IMG/VR virus record: IMGVR_UViG_3300045999_008996
Span: 1-64,000 of that record
DNA length: 64,000 bases
Direction: 5' to 3' (one strand)
A model generated the notes under the pieces. It was not told where the DNA came from. It worked only from the letters and a program-made list of their open reading frames with translations, and did no database searches. Positions 60,432 through 64,000 of this stretch are shown here, piece by piece. Position numbers and translations under genes: made by a program. Numbering within the stretch: position 1 is the stretch's first letter; each line of letters begins with the position of its first letter.

Positions 60432-60872
60432 TCAAACAGCAAGGGCAGCAGAGGGGATTTCAACGATTTCGGGAAGTTTGTTATCATCAAACTGGTGCAT
60501 ATTATAGCACACCCATTCACCATTGCGGAAGACATAGTGGAACTCTTCTGCTCCATCAGGCAGCAGATACTCACATAGTTCAGCATCAAGACGAGGAGGG
60601 CAATCTTCACCGCGCTGAGAGTAGTATTGAGGACCGTATTTTTGAGGTCCAACTCCTTTCACGCCAGGAATAATTTCTTCATTAGTCCAACATTCTTCGG
60701 ACCAGCAGGAACTCATATCTCCACCATCAATCAGTTCAGAAACTTTCTCTTTGGTATTGTAGTGCGTTTTCAGAATACGACCCAACCATTCAGGATAACC
60801 ATCCCAGTGGTGATAGGCAGAGAGAACAGAACCGTCAGAGAGTTCAATACCGATGCGAGAGCGGGTTGACAT
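60432..60872 (-). CDS. Hypothetical phage protein
   Basis: MSTRSRIGI...YHHWDGYPEWLG...LIDGGDMS. Confidence 0.8.
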   Translation of the reverse strand: MSTRSRIGIELSDGSVLSAYHHWDGYPEWLGRILKTHYNTKEKVSELIDGGDMSSCWSEECWTNEEIIPGVKGVGPQKYGPQYYSQRGEDCPPRLDAELCEYLLPDGAEEFHYVFRNGEWVCYNMHQFDDNKLPEIVEIPSAALAV

Positions 60873-60919
60873 TTGAGTGTTGTGCTTACATTACTAGGAC
60901 ACTTTGGAGGTGAGTAACT

Positions 60920-61738
60920 TTAATAGACTGCAATCAGTTCACTTGCTTTCTTCCTACTGCCACCTTTTGCAGCAATCGTTCTTGTTACTTGAATCGGATA
61001 GATTGTAGCATTTTTATAGAGTTCTCTTGTGATAGGAACATCATGATTTGATACAATCACTTTAATATCTTTTGCAGCAAGAGATTCTGCAAGTTGTGCT
61101 AATTGTTCTTGTTGAACATCAGTGAATCCATCGGTTGCATAATTTGTGAAGTTTGCAGTATCTGATGCAGGAACATACGGTGGGTCAAAGTAGACAACAT
61201 CACCTGCTTCCAAATCTTCATAAAGAGATAAATCTTCAAAAGAAAGTGATGTGAACCTCACCAGTTGTTTGGATAGGAAATACATCCTGAAGTTCATCAT
61301 CTCTTCGGAAGGGCAAGATGGTTTGTCATACTTACCAAAGGGAACATTAAATCCACCTTTGCTATTATATCGCGACAAACCATTGAAACAATGACGATTC
61401 AAGTAAATGAACAGTCGTGCCCTCTCTGTAGTGTCTATTGCTTGATTAAAGTGCTCTCGCAACTCTAAATATGCTTCTTTGGTATTATTCTCTGGAGTGA
61501 ATAGTTCTTCGCAATATTGAATGAAACTATCATCATTTGGATTTACCAAATTCTGATAGATTGATACCAAATCTTTATTCACATCATTGAGAATATATTG
61601 CTGTGCTGGTGTATTCAATGCAACAGCAAGACTACCACCAAAGGGTTCACAATAACGCTTTGGATAACCAATATGGGGAATAAGATGGGGCAGGACCCGA
61701 TATTTGTTTCCCGCCCACTTTAACGGTGGTTTGTTCAT
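60920..61738 (-). CDS. dam: DNA adenine methyltransferase (D12/Dam family)
   Basis: LKWAGNK, EPFGGS, RYNSKGGFNVPFG, YFDPPY motifs. Confidence 0.93.
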   Translation of the reverse strand: MNKPPLKWAGNKYRVLPHLIPHIGYPKRYCEPFGGSLAVALNTPAQQYILNDVNKDLVSIYQNLVNPNDDSFIQYCEELFTPENNTKEAYLELREHFNQAIDTTERARLFIYLNRHCFNGLSRYNSKGGFNVPFGKYDKPSCPSEEMMNFRMYFLSKQLVRFTSLSFEDLSLYEDLEAGDVVYFDPPYVPASDTANFTNYATDGFTDVQQEQLAQLAESLAAKDIKVIVSNHDVPITRELYKNATIYPIQVTRTIAAKGGSRKKASELIAVY

Positions 61739-61741
61739 TTA

Positions 61742-62686
61742 TTATGAAACTTCGTCTAATTTACCAAGTTTGTTGTTGGATAGCATATCTTCACCAATTA
61801 CGGCACCTTCAATAAGGTTCTGCTCAACAAGATCATTATACTTCTTGACAATCTTTCTAGCAATCAGAACATCTGAGTTTCCTCTGGTATTTTCTGTCCA
61901 TTTTGCCTTTGATACATTAGCAAAGTTGTTCTTCAAATAGAACTGAAGTCCATCTGCTTTTTTACCATTACCAAGTGCATCAATCAAGTTAAAGACTGCA
62001 GCAAGACCGCCAATCATACTACCATCAATATAATCGCACCCCCATTGATTGTTGTAAATTGGATAAAGAAAGTCTACTGCTTGTTTTGAGTTACTAATCT
62101 TCCATTTGTTGATAGACTCAACTGCTTTGGCAAATCCATTTATCTCAGGACCATTCTTGTACCCAATACCTTCTGCTTTGACACCGATAGCGATGAAGTT
62201 GTTTTCAAACTGAACAGAATCTTCATCCCCGTAAGACAGTCCAGCGCGAACTTTATCAAGTGTGCTTGTGTTTTTACGGGTAGTGTTTAGGTCTTCAAAG
62301 AGTTTTGCTTCCTTTGCAATACAATCAGACAGACTTGCATCTTCATCGTGAATATAAACGAAACAAGGAATTTCAAAGTCTTCAGGCAGTTCTGCCAGAT
62401 GTGCCATAATTGCTTTGTGTTGCCCGTCCACGATTACATAAATCCCATCTGGACGCAGAGCAACAAACAAAGGTTGACATAGTTCGTTATTAAACTGCTT
62501 TGCTTTCTTCAGAGTAGCAGTTTGAATAAATCTTTGGTAATCTGAACTAACACAGAGTTGGGAAACTTTCAGATAAACCAGTTTTAATTGTTTTCCTATT
62601 GCACCTTTAGCAAATTTAATTTTACCTAAAGTTGCAGCGATTTCTCCCAAAGTTTTTAACTTTGGATCTTGAATATATGATGTCAT
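61742..62686 (-). CDS. ParB/Srx-like N-terminal domain protein
   Basis: DYQR...VIVDGQHK...EAKLFEDLN. Confidence 0.65.
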   Translation of the reverse strand: MTSYIQDPKLKTLGEIAATLGKIKFAKGAIGKQLKLVYLKVSQLCVSSDYQRFIQTATLKKAKQFNNELCQPLFVALRPDGIYVIVDGQHKAIMAHLAELPEDFEIPCFVYIHDEDASLSDCIAKEAKLFEDLNTTRKNTSTLDKVRAGLSYGDEDSVQFENNFIAIGVKAEGIGYKNGPEINGFAKAVESINKWKISNSKQAVDFLYPIYNNQWGCDYIDGSMIGGLAAVFNLIDALGNGKKADGLQFYLKNNFANVSKAKWTENTRGNSDVLIARKIVKKYNDLVEQNLIEGAVIGEDMLSNNKLGKLDEVS

Positions 62687-62754
62687 TTTGTCTCCTCTGG
62701 AGTTTAGAAAATAGGACTTGAGTTTATAGTCATCGTCTGATTTGGACTATAATA

Positions 62755-62788
62755 ATTATAGCATAAAAAAGAGGGTTGTCAACCCTCC
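62755..62788 (-). promoter_or_regulatory. Terminator hairpin overlapping a sigma70 promoter
   Basis: GAGGGTTG/CAACCCTC stem plus U-tract; TTGACA-N16-TATAAT. Confidence 0.7.
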
Positions 62789-63048
62789 AGAAACTTAACC
62801 ACCTTTTTCTCGCAAACTTCGCACAAGATACTCAGTAAACTCTTCCATTTTTTCAGGAATGACAGCAGCAGGTCTTTCATTGATAGCATTTTTAAGTGCT
62901 GTCATTTCTTTCCACTCATCATCTGTAAGTTTTTGATGTTTGCCTGACGAAAGAGTCATAATTTTGCTCCCGAATACTATGATATGTTAGCATATCCATA
63001 TAAATTATCTAGACACTTAACAATCTCTTCGGGATTGCTTTACATATG

Positions 63049-63276
63049 TTAATCTTCATCATTAAAGAATGAACTAAAAGAACCTCTACTTCCTGGATTG
63101 CGAGTGTCCAGCATATCCATCAGTTCTTCAAACTTTTTGCATTGTTCAATACTCAATAGAATCTTAGAGAGTTGTTGAACTACTGTTGCCTTCTCATTGA
63201 TTGCTGCAGATTTAATTGCGGCACGAAGATGTGATTCTGCCTCCAAAAGATGATCAAGAGTTTGTTTACTCAGCAT
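63049..63276 (-). CDS. Hypothetical protein
   Basis: 75 aa; LLEAESHLRAA. Confidence 0.7.
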   Translation of the reverse strand: MLSKQTLDHLLEAESHLRAAIKSAAINEKATVVQQLSKILLSIEQCKKFEELMDMLDTRNPGSRGSFSSFFNDED

Positions 63277-63823
63277 TTACTTTCCTCATTTCAAAACTAC
63301 CATCATTGCGATCAATCCATTCTACAACATCACCTTCTTTAAGTCCAGCAACCTCAAGCAAATCATCAGGAAACTGAACATAACATTCGCCAGTCAGTCC
63401 ATCCATTTCAACAGGAAGTTGCCACTTTACAATTTTATCTTTCACTGGATATATGTCTCCGTCTTCACTTACAAATACCTCTTTATTATAATACTCTGCC
63501 TCTCTCAATTCATATTCAGTATCACTACCACTTTTCCAAAAATCATTCCAGGCACCTTTACATTCTGGTGAAGAATCATCTTTATCACAACTCAAGATTT
63601 CATTTAGATAATCTTGATATTTGTTATTATCAACGCCACTATGCAACAGTCCAAGAAGTTCATATGCTTCAGATGTTTTCTGTTTATATGTGTAGTAGTT
63701 TTCTTTTACCACACCCAAAATAGTGTCATAAATCTCCTTGGGTGTTGCTTCACCTGCAGACATCGCATCGTGAATCCAATTCTCAAGATTCTCAAGAGAA
63801 TACTTTTTATAATCCATAATCAA
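63266..63823 (-). CDS. Protein with C-terminal AbrB/MazE-like domain
   Basis: YVQFPDDLLEVAGLKEGDVVEWIDRNDGSFEMRK. Confidence 0.65.
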   Translation of the reverse strand: MIMDYKKYSLENLENWIHDAMSAGEATPKEIYDTILGVVKENYYTYKQKTSEAYELLGLLHSGVDNNKYQDYLNEILSCDKDDSSPECKGAWNDFWKSGSDTEYELREAEYYNKEVFVSEDGDIYPVKDKIVKWQLPVEMDGLTGECYVQFPDDLLEVAGLKEGDVVEWIDRNDGSFEMRKVNAE

Positions 63824-64000
63824 TCTTTAGGTTTGGGTTTAGAGCAGTCGTGGCAGTAATAAGAAAAACCATCACGAAAATACTTTACCACCTGATAGTG
63901 GTCTTTGTCAAGTGGTTTTTCGACTCCACATTTATCACAAATCCTTGTCTTTCTTGATGGATTTTCGGATTCGTTTGAGTTCCTTGAGTTCCATTTTAAT
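63820..64000 (-). CDS. Partial Zn-binding hypothetical protein (start outside window)
   Basis: Open frame ...RICDKCGVEKPL...FSYYCHDCSKPKPKD*. Confidence 0.5.
   Translation of the reverse strand, partial: LKWNSRNSNESENPSRKTRICDKCGVEKPLDKDHYQVVKYFRDGFSYYCHDCSKPKPKD

Larger units (their letters stand above)
45460..60924 (-). repeat. Dispersed array of 15 direct repeats (38-39 bp) at gene boundaries
   Basis: Copies at 45460-45497, 47723-47761, 48184-48222, 48876-48914, 49116-49154, 49520-49558, 50344-50382, 51131-51169, 52025-52063, 52978-53016, 53585-53623, 55682-55720, 56165-56203, 58099-58137, 60887-60924; plus-strand invariant core CACTTT-nnn-GGTGAGTAACTTTAAT. Confidence 0.97.

Noticed and set aside
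45460-60924. CRISPR array interpretation of the 39-bp repeats
   Set aside because: Intervals are 0.2-2.8 kb, irregular and filled with intact genes; no cas genes in the window
45460-60924. Classical integron attC sites
   Set aside because: No long imperfect palindrome with RYYYAAC/GTTRRRY ends and no IntI in the window
1184-63859. Plus-strand ORFs in the track (e.g. 4232-4759, 23685-24392, 52402-53004, 55044-55712)
   Set aside because: Antisense shadows of well-supported minus-strand genes; the recurring HTTRTLWR endings are just the repeat read on the plus strand

Overview
64 kb of a T4-like cyanomyovirus genome (Kyanoviridae-like, inferred from gene content and order); essentially all coding is on the minus strand. 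1-42 kb is the conserved late structural module. In transcription order it reads g25, g6, a giant 3998-aa g7-like protein, g8, a DUF4815-type protein apparently split in two, g13-g20, g21, g22 and a 5' part of g23, with T4-type late promoters (TATAAATA-like). 44-46.6 kb is a transition zone with sigma70 promoters, hairpins, tandem paralogous microproteins, an HNH gene and an AT-rich origin candidate. 45.5-61 kb is a region of small genes punctuated by 15 copies of a 38-39 bp direct repeat (minus strand AATTAAAGTTACTCACCnnnAAAGTGTCCTAGTAGTATG). The repeat abuts or supplies the stop codon of the upstream gene and usually supplies the in-frame ATG of the downstream gene, giving a gene-cassette-like architecture; this is the most notable feature. 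The region also encodes a MutH/Sau3AI-like nuclease, Dam, an SF2 helicase, a KxDG ligase-like protein, a GIY-YIG-like endonuclease and putative capsid-targeted internal proteins. No tRNA, rRNA or CRISPR array was recognised.
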